DNA of 64,000 bases. Source: an uncultured Bacteroidaceae bacterium (lineage in GTDB: Bacteria > Bacillota > Clostridia > Christensenellales > CAG-917). This document shows, one piece after another, positions 9,116 to 18,496 of this stretch. Location of the stretch: NCBI GenBank assembly GCA_964599875.1, contig CAZRHE010000006.1, positions 3,246 to 67,245 on the forward strand. Direction: 5' to 3'. Position numbers and translations under genes: made by a program. Below the pieces are notes generated by a model. That model had not been told where the DNA came from and made no database searches. It saw only the letters and a list, made by a program, of their open reading frames with translations. The number at the start of each line of letters is the position of its first letter. Position 1 is the first letter of the stretch.

Positions 9116-9130
9116 ATGATGAATTGATTT

Positions 9131-10237
9131 TTACCACCTATTCTCTACGTATTCGCAGAATGCGTACATATCTTTGATTTCGATGACTTTGCCGTCGTCG
9201 AGGACTACGGTGCCGTTCCAAAGCCCGTGGACTTGGTGGGCGTGCATTCTTGCGACGAGCGCGTTAGTGTCCGTATGGTGGTCGAGGAAAGGCGTCATTG
9301 TAAGGTTGAATCTGCCGTCTTCTGATTCGAACACCCACGGTTCCATAAACTTATCGGGTTTCGGGAAAGTCTTGACGTCGACCGAGCCGAATTTGTGAAG
9401 TTTTCCGTCGTAGAAAATAGCGGTTTCGGTCCCGTTGGATTCGTCGCCGATACCCCAAGTGATTTCAAATCCGAATATATGTTTTTTGCCGTCTTCGTCC
9501 GTGATATAGGTCGAGCCGTTGCCCCAATACCAAACCATATTGTACGGCGTGCATACTCTTCCCCAGTCGAGGACGCAAAACGCATTGTTCTTTTTGAAGG
9601 TTTTCACGACTTTGCCGTCGAGAGTGATATTGCCCTCCGCAGGCATGCTGTTTTGTTTTATGGTCATGAAATAGCGGGTGGATAAATCCTTGCCTTCCTT
9701 TTTGAAAGGAAGTACGGTCGTAATGTTTTCAAGACCGGGCATGATATCCATTTTGATTTCCGCCTTGAAAGTTTTGCCTTTATACGGTCCCTCGAAATAA
9801 AGTGTGCGTCCGTCTTCTTTGGTGTCGAAAATCGCGTGAGTTTTGCCATTTTTATATTCGAAATAGTTGGGGACGTCACCGCGTTTTGGTAACACGACTT
9901 TGTTTTTCCCGCCGAGGAAAAGGGACATAGAAGTCGTCACTTCGCCTGTTTTGAGGTCAACCATAGTCATTGAGCAATATCCGCCGATTGAGATATTCGC
10001 GCAACTGATTTGAACCATGGTTTCGCCGTCGCAGACTTGATAGAAATCCCATTCTTTCGCTCTCCATTGAGGCTGGGTTTTCGTGCGGTCGTATTCGAAA
10101 ACGTCACGGCGCGCCCAACCGCTCGCAAGAAGTTTTCCGTCGTCGCCTAAAAGTTTCGTAGGCGCGGTGTATTCGCGTTGATTACGTTTCGGCACTTCCC
10201 TAAACGAGGGATAAGTTCTTTTGATTTCTTTAGACAT
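9131..10237 (-). CDS. DUF2804-like protein
   Basis: 368 aa. Its size and the ...KEWDFYQV... / ...CVLDWGRV... pattern match my memory of the DUF2804 family. Not verified by search. Confidence 0.5.
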   Translation of the reverse strand: MSKEIKRTYPSFREVPKRNQREYTAPTKLLGDDGKLLASGWARRDVFEYDRTKTQPQWRAKEWDFYQVCDGETMVQISCANISIGGYCSMTMVDLKTGEVTTSMSLFLGGKNKVVLPKRGDVPNYFEYKNGKTHAIFDTKEDGRTLYFEGPYKGKTFKAEIKMDIMPGLENITTVLPFKKEGKDLSTRYFMTIKQNSMPAEGNITLDGKVVKTFKKNNAFCVLDWGRVCTPYNMVWYWGNGSTYITDEDGKKHIFGFEITWGIGDESNGTETAIFYDGKLHKFGSVDVKTFPKPDKFMEPWVFESEDGRFNLTMTPFLDHHTDTNALVARMHAHQVHGLWNGTVVLDDGKVIEIKDMYAFCEYVENRW

Positions 10238-10276
10238 AATTTCCTCCCGATATCGTAACGAGGTTACTTTTTCTAT

Positions 10277-10305
10277 ATTATATATCGAATTTTGAAATAC
10301 TTCAA
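10277..10305 (-). promoter_or_regulatory. sigma-A type promoter (TTGAAG-17-TATAAT)
   Basis: Read on the minus strand, upstream of the DUF2804-like gene. Confidence 0.55.
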
Positions 10306-10338
10306 TACCGAATTTATAAGAAAAAACGGCTTACGCCG

Positions 10339-10968
10339 TCAATTCTTTTCTTTGATTTTTTCGGTTACGTCGGTCAGTTTGCACTTTTTGCCGACGAGAA
10401 AAGCGCGTTTTCCGAGCGCCATTATGTATTTATCCGACTTTATGGAATCCGAATACACGTCTATGACTTCCGCACCGGGCAATACTTCGTTAAGTCGTCT
10501 GACCTTCTCCGCGCGCCTGCAAACTTTGCCGGTGAGTTTTCCCGTTTTCATATCGTGAATCGAGGTTATGCAATACTCGAATCCGAGCCTGTTTGCGATT
10601 TCTTCGATTAAGAAACTGGGACTTGCGCTGATGAGCACGCTTTCACGGGGTCTGTTTTCCTTTTTGAATCTTTCATATATGCTCTTTTCGTACTTGTCCC
10701 AAAACTTCTTGACGTTTTTCTCGTTATCTATGAAATTAACGTAGAAAAAGCATATCTTTTTGAATTGATTTATAGGATAAATTTTGAGCCCCATTAGCGT
10801 ACCTATAAAGCACTGTATGGGCAAAAATACTATTATCCACGGATTATGCAGCATGCAATATCCCCAATATCTGAAACCGCTGTCAAACGGAAGCAAGGTC
10901 TTGTCGAAATCGTACAAGTCCACTTGTTTCCGTTCGGTTTTCGAGTAATCGTCTTTTGCGTTAATCAT
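10339..10968 (-). CDS. HAD-superfamily hydrolase (subfamily IB-like)
   Basis: 209 aa. DxDxT motif in VDLYDFDKTLL near the N-terminus. A short hairpin (ACGGC/GCCGT) plus T-run sits at its 3' end. Confidence 0.6.
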   Translation of the reverse strand: MINAKDDYSKTERKQVDLYDFDKTLLPFDSGFRYWGYCMLHNPWIIVFLPIQCFIGTLMGLKIYPINQFKKICFFYVNFIDNEKNVKKFWDKYEKSIYERFKKENRPRESVLISASPSFLIEEIANRLGFEYCITSIHDMKTGKLTGKVCRRAEKVRRLNEVLPGAEVIDVYSDSIKSDKYIMALGKRAFLVGKKCKLTDVTEKIKEKN

Positions 10969-10972
10969 GTCG

Positions 10973-12541
10973 TCAATTATTGTTGTTATTGTTGACGTTC
11001 ACCGTCTTTTTAGGGATATTCCAACCGTCTTTTTTCCACTTATTGATTTGGAACAACACTTGGTCGATGAAATCTACGTTGCTCGAAGTCTTCACAAGCA
11101 TACTGAAAAGGGCTTCCGTCGCTTCCAAAGGATCGCCCATGGAGAGTATCTTTCTTACGCCCCAAATGCCTTCGAGTTCTTTGGAACTAAGCAACAATTC
11201 TTCTTTTCTCGTGCCGCTCTTCGCAAGGTCGATTGCGGGGAATATTCTCTTTTCTTGAAGTCTGCGGTCAAGGTGGATTTCCATATTGCCCGTGCCTTTG
11301 AATTCTTCGTAAATGACGTCGTCCATTCTGCTACCCGTATCAACGAGTGCGGTTGCAATAATGGTGAGCGAGCCGCCGTTTTCGATATTTCTCGCGGAGC
11401 CGAAGAAACGCTTGGGAGCATGCAACGCACCGGGGTCGATACCGCCTGAAAGAGTTCTGCCCGTGGGAGGAATCGTGAGGTTGTACGCACGCGCAAGACG
11501 GGTCAAACTATCCATAAGAATTACTACGTCTTTTCCCGTTTCGACCATACGTTTCGCGCGTTCTAACAGCATTTCCGCGGTCTTGGTGTGATGTTCGGGA
11601 AGTTCGTCGAAAGTGGAATAAACCACTTCTCCGTTGATCGAGCGTTGCATATCCGTGACTTCTTCGGGACGCTCGTCGATGAGGAGCACCATCAAAACGA
11701 TTTCGGGATAATTTATGGAAATCGAATTGGCAATCATTTTAAGGAGGGTGGTTTTGCCCGCTTTAGGCGGAGATACTATCATACCTCTCTGTCCTTTGCC
11801 TATAGGTGCGACGAGGTCGATGCTGCGGGTTGCGTAATCGCGAGATTTGCCTGCGACTTCAAGTCGTATTCTTTGGTCGGGATAGATGGGGACGAGGTCG
11901 TCGAAATTGGGACGTCTGCCCATAGTGAGAGCGTCTACGCCGTTAATAGTAGTGACGGTGACGACCGCAGGAGGCTTGCCCTCTTGAATGAGTTTGCAAC
12001 CCGCCTTGACGTAATCACCTTTTCTAAGACCGTATTGTTTGATTTTTTGAACGCTGACGTATGCGTCCATTTCGCTGAATTCACCCGTTTTTACGCGCAA
12101 AAATCCGTAACCGTCGGGATTGATTTCAAGGAAACCTTCTCTAACTTGGTCGTCTTCGTCCTTTCTTTCGCGCAAAACTTCGGGGCGTTTGAATCCCGTA
12201 TTGCCGTAACTGCGGACGGTACGATAATCTCCGAAGCCTTTTTTATCGTCTTTTTTATAGAATTTTTTCTCTTCGGGTTTATCTTCTTTATTTTCTAAAT
12301 TATCGGATTTTTCTTTAATATTATTATCGGTTGCGTTTACCGCAGAATTTGCGTCTTTTCTGGGACGACCGCGTTTGGGTGCTTGTTGCGGTTGCATTTC
12401 GCCTGTCGAAATTTTAAAAATCATGTCGATAAGTTCTGCTTTTTTATGCTTTTGTATAGCTGATACTCCGATTTCTTTTGCAATATCTCTTAATTCAAAT
12501 AAACCTTTTCCTTCGAGTTCTTGTCTGGTATAACTCTTCAT
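10973..12541 (-). CDS. rho: transcription termination factor Rho
   Basis: 522 aa. Rho_N-like LFELRDIAKEIGVS. Walker A PPKAGKTTLL. Conserved C-terminal ATPase region. AAGGAGG lies before the ATG. Confidence 0.95.
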   Translation of the reverse strand: MKSYTRQELEGKGLFELRDIAKEIGVSAIQKHKKAELIDMIFKISTGEMQPQQAPKRGRPRKDANSAVNATDNNIKEKSDNLENKEDKPEEKKFYKKDDKKGFGDYRTVRSYGNTGFKRPEVLRERKDEDDQVREGFLEINPDGYGFLRVKTGEFSEMDAYVSVQKIKQYGLRKGDYVKAGCKLIQEGKPPAVVTVTTINGVDALTMGRRPNFDDLVPIYPDQRIRLEVAGKSRDYATRSIDLVAPIGKGQRGMIVSPPKAGKTTLLKMIANSISINYPEIVLMVLLIDERPEEVTDMQRSINGEVVYSTFDELPEHHTKTAEMLLERAKRMVETGKDVVILMDSLTRLARAYNLTIPPTGRTLSGGIDPGALHAPKRFFGSARNIENGGSLTIIATALVDTGSRMDDVIYEEFKGTGNMEIHLDRRLQEKRIFPAIDLAKSGTRKEELLLSSKELEGIWGVRKILSMGDPLEATEALFSMLVKTSSNVDFIDQVLFQINKWKKDGWNIPKKTVNVNNNNNN

Positions 12542-12627
12542 AGAACCTCCTTATTATTAAATTTTGAGTTAAATTTATCTGCAACCCGTCCCCGAAAAAT
12601 CGAGGACGGTGCTTTTCAAAAGTAAAA

Positions 12628-13299
12628 TTAATTGTAAAGTCTTTCGAGGACGAGGACTTTGGTGCTTTCTCCGTCGAAATCCGCACGGTCGAATTCTACT
12701 GTATCGCCTTCTGCGTAAACGATATCTTCGTCTTCGAAAAGGTCGAGAAAATCGTTCAGTTTCGCAAGGTCGAATTCGCAATCTTTCGTCTTGTAGTGCA
12801 TGGGGATGACGACGTCGGGCATAATGCGATCAACGTATTCTTTCGCTTGTTCCGCGTCGATGGTGAAGTTTCCGCCTACGGGAATCATCAAGACGTTCAC
12901 GGGCATAATGCTTTCAACGAGCATTGCGTTACATTCCTCGCCGATATCTCCCATATGGCAAAGTTCTACGCCGTCCATACGGAATTTAAATACGAGATTC
13001 TCTCCTCTGACCGCACCTTTCTTATCGTCGTGATAAGTCTTTTGCGCGAAGAGATGCACTCCCCCTATTTCATAAAAACCTTGTCTGCGTATAACGGTGG
13101 GCTCACCGTCTACGGCAGAGATAAAAGAGTGGTCGTTGTGCGGGTGGCTCACCGTCACGATATCGGCGGTGACGTTCGGCATATCATACCCTACGTACGA
13201 GTGATAAGGGTCGGTGACTACCGTAGTACCCGTGCTTTCTTCAAGTTTGAAAGAAGAATGACCGAGCCAAGAAAGTTTCACTTGTTTCCTCCCATTCAA
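12628..13299 (-). CDS. MBL-fold metal-dependent hydrolase (UPF0173-like)
   Basis: 223 aa. LSWLGHSSF N-terminus and an HPHNDH (HxHxDH) motif. Confidence 0.8.
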   Translation of the reverse strand: MNGRKQVKLSWLGHSSFKLEESTGTTVVTDPYHSYVGYDMPNVTADIVTVSHPHNDHSFISAVDGEPTVIRRQGFYEIGGVHLFAQKTYHDDKKGAVRGENLVFKFRMDGVELCHMGDIGEECNAMLVESIMPVNVLMIPVGGNFTIDAEQAKEYVDRIMPDVVIPMHYKTKDCEFDLAKLNDFLDLFEDEDIVYAEGDTVEFDRADFDGESTKVLVLERLYN

Positions 13300-14454
13300 T
13301 CACTTTTGATTGAGGCTGTTGACGAGTTGATGAATTTTTTCGAAAGGTTCGAGCAAATTCGATACGGGCTCGTTGAAGTTCGATGCGGCGATGATATACG
13401 CAATGTATTTGGACATATCCGCTTCGATGAACCAAGGGCAGTCTTTGAGTTCGGGAATACGATAAGTGAGGTTGGTCGAGATGACCGCGTCGAAAACGCC
13501 CTCTTCGTACGCCTTGTTGAACTTCTCTACGCCTTCGGTAAAGAGTGAGAAAGTGGCGGAAAGGAATACTCTTTGCGCGCCCTTCTCTTTGATTTCTTTT
13601 GCAAGTTTGATTATGCTGTCCCCGGTGGCAATCATATCGTCCGCGACGAAAACGTTCATTCCCATAACGGGACTGCCGATATATTCGTGCGCTACGATGG
13701 GATTACGTCCGTTGACTACGTTAGCGTAATCGCGGCGTTTGTAGAACATGCCGAGATCAAGTCCCAAAACGGATGCATAATATACGTTTCTGCCCATTGC
13801 GCCCTCGTCGGGTGCGATGCACATAAGGCTGTTTTTGTCGAGTTTGACGTCGGGAAAATGCTTCGTCAACGCTTTCAGTACTTGATAAGTCGGGAAATAG
13901 TTGTCGAATCCCATAAGAGGAACGGCGTTCATAACTCTCGGGTCGTGTGCGTCGAAAGTGATTATATCCGCAACTCCCATTTGTTGAAGTTCTTGGAGCA
14001 TGACCGCGCAGTCGAGAGATTCACGGCTTGCACGACGATGTTGTCTGCCCGCGTACAGCATAGGCATAAGGACGGTGATACGATAAGGTTTGCCCTGCGC
14101 CGCGCAGATGATGCGTTTAAGATCCGCAAAATGTTCGTCGGGCGTCATGGGGATTTCTTTTCCGAAGAAATTGTACGTCACGCCGTGATTCATCGGGTCG
14201 CATATGATATAGAGGTCTTTGCCTCTGACGGTTTCCATAATCATACCCTTTCCGTCACCGCTCGTGAAACGAGGACAATTCGCTTTGATAAGGAAGGATC
14301 CTTTCTTTATGCGCATTTTGGCGGGAGCGGACTCGTTGTACATTTGAACGAGGCGTTTGTCGATGAGTTCGGCAAGTTCTTGCGCGCCCGGCGTTGCGAT
14401 TATAGCGAGAGGTGCTGCGGGTGTTTCGTCAAAAATTGAAAAATCAGGTATCAT
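13300..14454 (-). CDS. ribose-phosphate diphosphokinase-family protein
   Basis: I trimmed the start to ATG 14454, which is preceded by GGAGGA. YAGRQHRR and the PRPP loop VFVADDMIATGDS are present. Confidence 0.7.
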   Translation of the reverse strand: MIPDFSIFDETPAAPLAIIATPGAQELAELIDKRLVQMYNESAPAKMRIKKGSFLIKANCPRFTSGDGKGMIMETVRGKDLYIICDPMNHGVTYNFFGKEIPMTPDEHFADLKRIICAAQGKPYRITVLMPMLYAGRQHRRASRESLDCAVMLQELQQMGVADIITFDAHDPRVMNAVPLMGFDNYFPTYQVLKALTKHFPDVKLDKNSLMCIAPDEGAMGRNVYYASVLGLDLGMFYKRRDYANVVNGRNPIVAHEYIGSPVMGMNVFVADDMIATGDSIIKLAKEIKEKGAQRVFLSATFSLFTEGVEKFNKAYEEGVFDAVISTNLTYRIPELKDCPWFIEADMSKYIAYIIAASNFNEPVSNLLEPFEKIHQLVNSLNQK

Positions 14455-14586
14455 GCTATCCTCCGTAGACTTTATGGCTATTATAGCAAAGTGTTGACAA
14501 AATTTCAACGATTTGCACGCTAAATAATTATATTATTTTGAAAAGTACCTTTTATACTGCGGTTAGCGGCGGATTTAGAGAAAAAA

Positions 14587-15705
14587 TCAGAACAGTAAAT
14601 CGGACAAAATCACGTTTGAAACGTTCATTCCGCGTTCGTTCAAAGCGATTTTTCCACCCTTTTTCTCAAAAAACTCCTCGTACTTTTCGTGTATCATCGA
14701 TTTCATATCCTTATCGAGTGCGGTTTCTTCTATTCCGTCGGAAAGGCGCAGTCCGAGCATAATCCGCTCTTTTTTTATATCCCCTGCGTTTAGCGTTTCG
14801 GTTTCGACGAAAGAATAATCCGTCGCGTTTTCGACCGATTGAATATATTCCTCCAAACTATCCTCATTCGTGTAGCGGATTTCTTCCTTTTCGGGGATGG
14901 TTTTAAGGAAAGAACTTGCACCGGGACCAAGTCCAATATATTCCTCTCTCGTCCAATATCCTACGTTGTGTCGAGAGTATTTCCCGTCCCGTGCGAAATT
15001 GCTGATTTCGTAGCGTTCGAAACCGTATTCAAATAATTTGTGACGCATAGCGTCGTACAAATCGGTGACGAAGTCGTCGTCGGGGACGGATATCTTCTTT
15101 TCGTAAATTAATTTTTCGAGCGGAGTGCCCTCCTCCACTTGCAGCGTGTAGACGGATATATGTTGTACGAGCGGTGCGAATACGTCGATTTCATTGCAAA
15201 CGGATTCTACGTCGTCGTGCGGAAGTCCTACGATAAAATCAACGGACACGTTATCGAATATCCCCGTCGCAAGTTTAACGGCGGAAATCGCGGTTTTCGA
15301 GTCGTGTATTCTGCCGATATCTTTCAAATTTTCGTCGTTCAGAGATTGCACGCCTATGCTAATACGGCTGACGCCTACGCTTTTTAGGTATTCGAGTTTT
15401 TCAAGGGAAATGCTTTCGGGATTACACTCGACCGTAAATTCATCGAGTGCGCTTAAATCGACGTATTTCGACAGCGATTTCACGATTTCGTCAAATTTTT
15501 CTATCGACAGCAAAGACGGAGTGCCTCCGCCGATATAAACAGTGGAAATATTTCTCTTTTCAAGCCTTGAAAACGCAAGGTCGATTTCTGAATTTAACGC
15601 CGTTAGATAACGAGAAACGTCGTTATCCGCCCTGCAAGGACTACTTGCAAAACTGCAATAACGACATTTTTGTTTGCAAAAAGGCACGTGGACGTAAATT
15701 TGCAT
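14587..15705 (-). CDS. hemW: radical SAM heme chaperone HemW (coproporphyrinogen-III-oxidase-like)
   Basis: YVHVPFCKQKCRYCSF carries the CxxxCxxC cluster. It lies immediately downstream of lepA, as is typical. Confidence 0.9.
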   Translation of the reverse strand: MQIYVHVPFCKQKCRYCSFASSPCRADNDVSRYLTALNSEIDLAFSRLEKRNISTVYIGGGTPSLLSIEKFDEIVKSLSKYVDLSALDEFTVECNPESISLEKLEYLKSVGVSRISIGVQSLNDENLKDIGRIHDSKTAISAVKLATGIFDNVSVDFIVGLPHDDVESVCNEIDVFAPLVQHISVYTLQVEEGTPLEKLIYEKKISVPDDDFVTDLYDAMRHKLFEYGFERYEISNFARDGKYSRHNVGYWTREEYIGLGPGASSFLKTIPEKEEIRYTNEDSLEEYIQSVENATDYSFVETETLNAGDIKKERIMLGLRLSDGIEETALDKDMKSMIHEKYEEFFEKKGGKIALNERGMNVSNVILSDLLF

Positions 15706-15706
15706 T

Positions 15707-17509
15707 TTAATCGTCGTCGCCGACCTTCAAAATGGTGACGAAAGCCTCGCTGGGAATTTCTACGCTACCCACTCTGCGCATACGTTTTTTGCCTTCTTTT
15801 TGCTTTTCGAGAAGTTTCTTTTTGCGGGTGATATCTCCGCCGTAACACTTGGCAAGGACGTCTTTTCGGAGTGCCTTGACGGTTTCTCTTGCGATGATTT
15901 TGCCGCCGATTGCCGCCTGAATGGGGATTTCAAACAGTTGACGAGGGATTGCGTCTTTGAGTTTTTCCGCAATTCCTCTACCCCTTGCATACGCTTTATC
16001 CTTATGGACGATGAGGGAAAGCGCGTCGCACATATCCCCGTTTATAAGCATATCGAGGCGCACGAGGTCGCTACGCTGATAGCCGTCCGTTTCGTAATCG
16101 AGGGACGCGTATCCGCGCGTGCGGGATTTGAGTTTGTCGAAAAAGTCGTATATGATTTCGTTTAAAGGGATTTGATACGTTATTTGCACTCTTGACGTGT
16201 CGACGTAAGACATATCGAGGAAAATTCCGCGTTTATCCTGACATAAATCCATAATCTGCCCCACGTAATCGGGAGGGGTGAATATTGTTGCTTTCACGAC
16301 GGGCTCTTCGATATATTCGATTTCGCCGACGGGAGGAAGATTCGTAGGATTTGCAACGGTAAGTTTTTCGCCGTTCGTCTTGGTGACGATATACTCGACG
16401 CTTGGTGCGGTCGTGATGAGGTCGAGGTCGAATTCTCGTTCAAGTCGTTCTTCGATGATTTCCATATGAAGAAGACCCAAAAATCCGCATCTGAAACCGA
16501 ATCCGAGAGCAATGGAAACTTCGGGCTCGAAACTCAGACTTGCGTCGTTGAGTTGGAGTTTAAGGAGTGCTTCTTTAAGGTCGTTATATCTTGCGCCGTC
16601 CGCGGGGAAAACGCCCGTAAACACCATAGGCGTCGCCTTTTTATATCCGGGCAACGGCTCTCTTGCAGGAGAATCCGCAAGGGTTATGGTATCGCCGACC
16701 GCCGTATCCGACACGTTTTTTATGCTTGCGCCGATATATCCGACTTCACCTGCCGACAGCGACTCGACGGGTTTCATGCCGGGAGAAAACACGCCGACTT
16801 CCACGACGTCGAATTCTTTGCCCGTAGACATCATTCTTATCCTGTCTCCCGCTTTAACGGTGCCGTCAACGATTCTGACCATAGAGATTGCGCCTCTATA
16901 GTTATCGTAAAAACTGTCGAAGATAAGTGCTTTAAGGGGTGCGTTTTCGTCGCCGCTCGGAGCGGGCAATTTTTCGATTATTCCGCTCAAAACGTCGTCT
17001 ATACCTATGCCCTCTTTTGCTGAAATCAGCGGACAATCCGCGGTGTCGAGCCCGATTATATCTTCGATTTCCGCTTTCGTGCCGTCAACGTCCGCGGACG
17101 CCAAATCGATTTTGTTTACGACGGGAAGAATTTCAAGGTCGTTGTCGAGTGCGAGATAGACGTTTGAAAGGGTTTGCGCCTCAACGCCTTGCGTAGCGTC
17201 CACGACGAGTAATGCGCCCTCACAAGCGGCAAGGGAGCGAGAAACTTCGTAGGTGAAGTCCACGTGCCCCGGAGTGTCGATAAGATTAAGAGTATATTCC
17301 TCTCCGTTGTGCTCGTAAAAAAGTCTGCACGTCTGCAATTTGATTGTTATGCCTCTCTCTTTCTCGATATCCATATTGTCGAGAAGTTGGTCGGACATTT
17401 CGCGAGAGGAAACCGCGCCCGTGCGTTCAATCAGTCTGTCAGCAAGGGTGCTTTTGCCGTGGTCTATATGCGCGATTATTGAAAAGTTGCGGATTTTGTC
17501 CTGTTTCAA
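15707..17509 (-). CDS. lepA: translation elongation factor 4
   Basis: 600 aa. [15 protein letters not shown] and DTPGHVDF are present. TTG start preceded by GAGGT. Confidence 0.95.
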   Translation of the reverse strand: MKQDKIRNFSIIAHIDHGKSTLADRLIERTGAVSSREMSDQLLDNMDIEKERGITIKLQTCRLFYEHNGEEYTLNLIDTPGHVDFTYEVSRSLAACEGALLVVDATQGVEAQTLSNVYLALDNDLEILPVVNKIDLASADVDGTKAEIEDIIGLDTADCPLISAKEGIGIDDVLSGIIEKLPAPSGDENAPLKALIFDSFYDNYRGAISMVRIVDGTVKAGDRIRMMSTGKEFDVVEVGVFSPGMKPVESLSAGEVGYIGASIKNVSDTAVGDTITLADSPAREPLPGYKKATPMVFTGVFPADGARYNDLKEALLKLQLNDASLSFEPEVSIALGFGFRCGFLGLLHMEIIEERLEREFDLDLITTAPSVEYIVTKTNGEKLTVANPTNLPPVGEIEYIEEPVVKATIFTPPDYVGQIMDLCQDKRGIFLDMSYVDTSRVQITYQIPLNEIIYDFFDKLKSRTRGYASLDYETDGYQRSDLVRLDMLINGDMCDALSLIVHKDKAYARGRGIAEKLKDAIPRQLFEIPIQAAIGGKIIARETVKALRKDVLAKCYGGDITRKKKLLEKQKEGKKRMRRVGSVEIPSEAFVTILKVGDDD

Positions 17510-17597
17510 AATTACCTCACCGTAATTTTCGATATATTCTTGACAATATTATAATAGAATTATAAAATTTTATCAATAAAAAATAGGGAGCATTTTT

Positions 17598-18350
17598 ATG
17601 TCTAACGTTAATTTTGATTGGCTCGTCAATACGCCGATAGCACACAGAGGCTTGCACGACGACAAGTATCCCGAAAACAGCATGCCCGCATATCAAGCGG
17701 CAATCGAACACGGTTTTAATATCGAAATCGACGTCCACCTCTCCAAAGACGGACACATAGTCGTTTTCCACGACGACAATTTGAAGAGAGTTTGCGGAGT
17801 GGATAAACTCGTCAAGGACTGCACGCTTGAGGAACTTAAGACTTATCGTCTTAAAGGCACTGAATACACAATCCCCACTTTCGACGAATTTCTCTCCCTC
17901 GTGGACGGAAAAGTCGGCGTCCTTTGCGAAATCAAAGGCGTGATTCCTTGGGAACTCGACATCGCAAAAGCAACCGTTGAACGCCTTAAAACCTACAAAG
18001 GCAATATTGCGCTTCAATCCTTCAACTTCGGTGCGGTTATTTATTGCCGTCGTCACGACGACGTACACGCATACGGTCAACTCTGCACTTGGGGCGGAGA
18101 TAAAATCAATCACTGGGTTGATTGGCTCGGAAAACTCATCGCGTGCAAATTCTCGAAACCTATGTTCGTCGCATACGATATCAGAAACGCCGTTCAAGCG
18201 AAAAAGTATCTCGACAAAGCAAAAGCGCAAGGCAAGAAACTTCTCTGCTGGACTATCAACTCCGCCGACAAACTCACCATTGCAAGAAAGATTGCGGACA
18301 ATATCATCTTCGAAGATATCTGCGACCTCGTAGAAGCGGAAAACAAATAA
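17598..18350 (+). CDS. glycerophosphodiester phosphodiesterase-family protein
   Basis: IAHRGLHD..YPENS and FNIEIDVHLSKDGHIVVFHD motifs. Confidence 0.85.
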   Translation: MSNVNFDWLVNTPIAHRGLHDDKYPENSMPAYQAAIEHGFNIEIDVHLSKDGHIVVFHDDNLKRVCGVDKLVKDCTLEELKTYRLKGTEYTIPTFDEFLSLVDGKVGVLCEIKGVIPWELDIAKATVERLKTYKGNIALQSFNFGAVIYCRRHDDVHAYGQLCTWGGDKINHWVDWLGKLIACKFSKPMFVAYDIRNAVQAKKYLDKAKAQGKKLLCWTINSADKLTIARKIADNIIFEDICDLVEAENK

Positions 18351-18381
18351 ATTCCCTTCTCTATCCTTTGAAATTAGCAAT

Positions 18382-18410
18382 AAAATCCGCAAGCAAGCGG
18401 ATTTTATTTT
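18382..18410 (+). terminator. intrinsic terminator
   Basis: AAAATCCGC/GCGGATTTT stem, 6-nt loop, T-rich tail. Confidence 0.75.
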
Positions 18411-18450
18411 TGCAAGCGGTTACCTTTGAAAGTATAATTCACCATTATAT

Positions 18451-18479
18451 GAAAAACCCGACTTTTCAGTCGGGTTTTA
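18451..18479 (-). terminator. intrinsic terminator
   Basis: AAAACCCGACT/AGTCGGGTTTT stem, loop TTTC. T-run on the minus strand, downstream of the 732-aa gene. Confidence 0.75.
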
Positions 18480-18496
18480 TCATAGTTTTGATTTTC

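Noticed and set aside
12560-12627. The hairpin CCGTCC...GGACGG between rho and the upstream MBL gene, considered as a terminator or rho autoregulatory attenuator.
   Set aside because: The stem is 6 bp with a 12-nt loop, and there is no T-tract on the minus strand. Sequence alone does not support the call.
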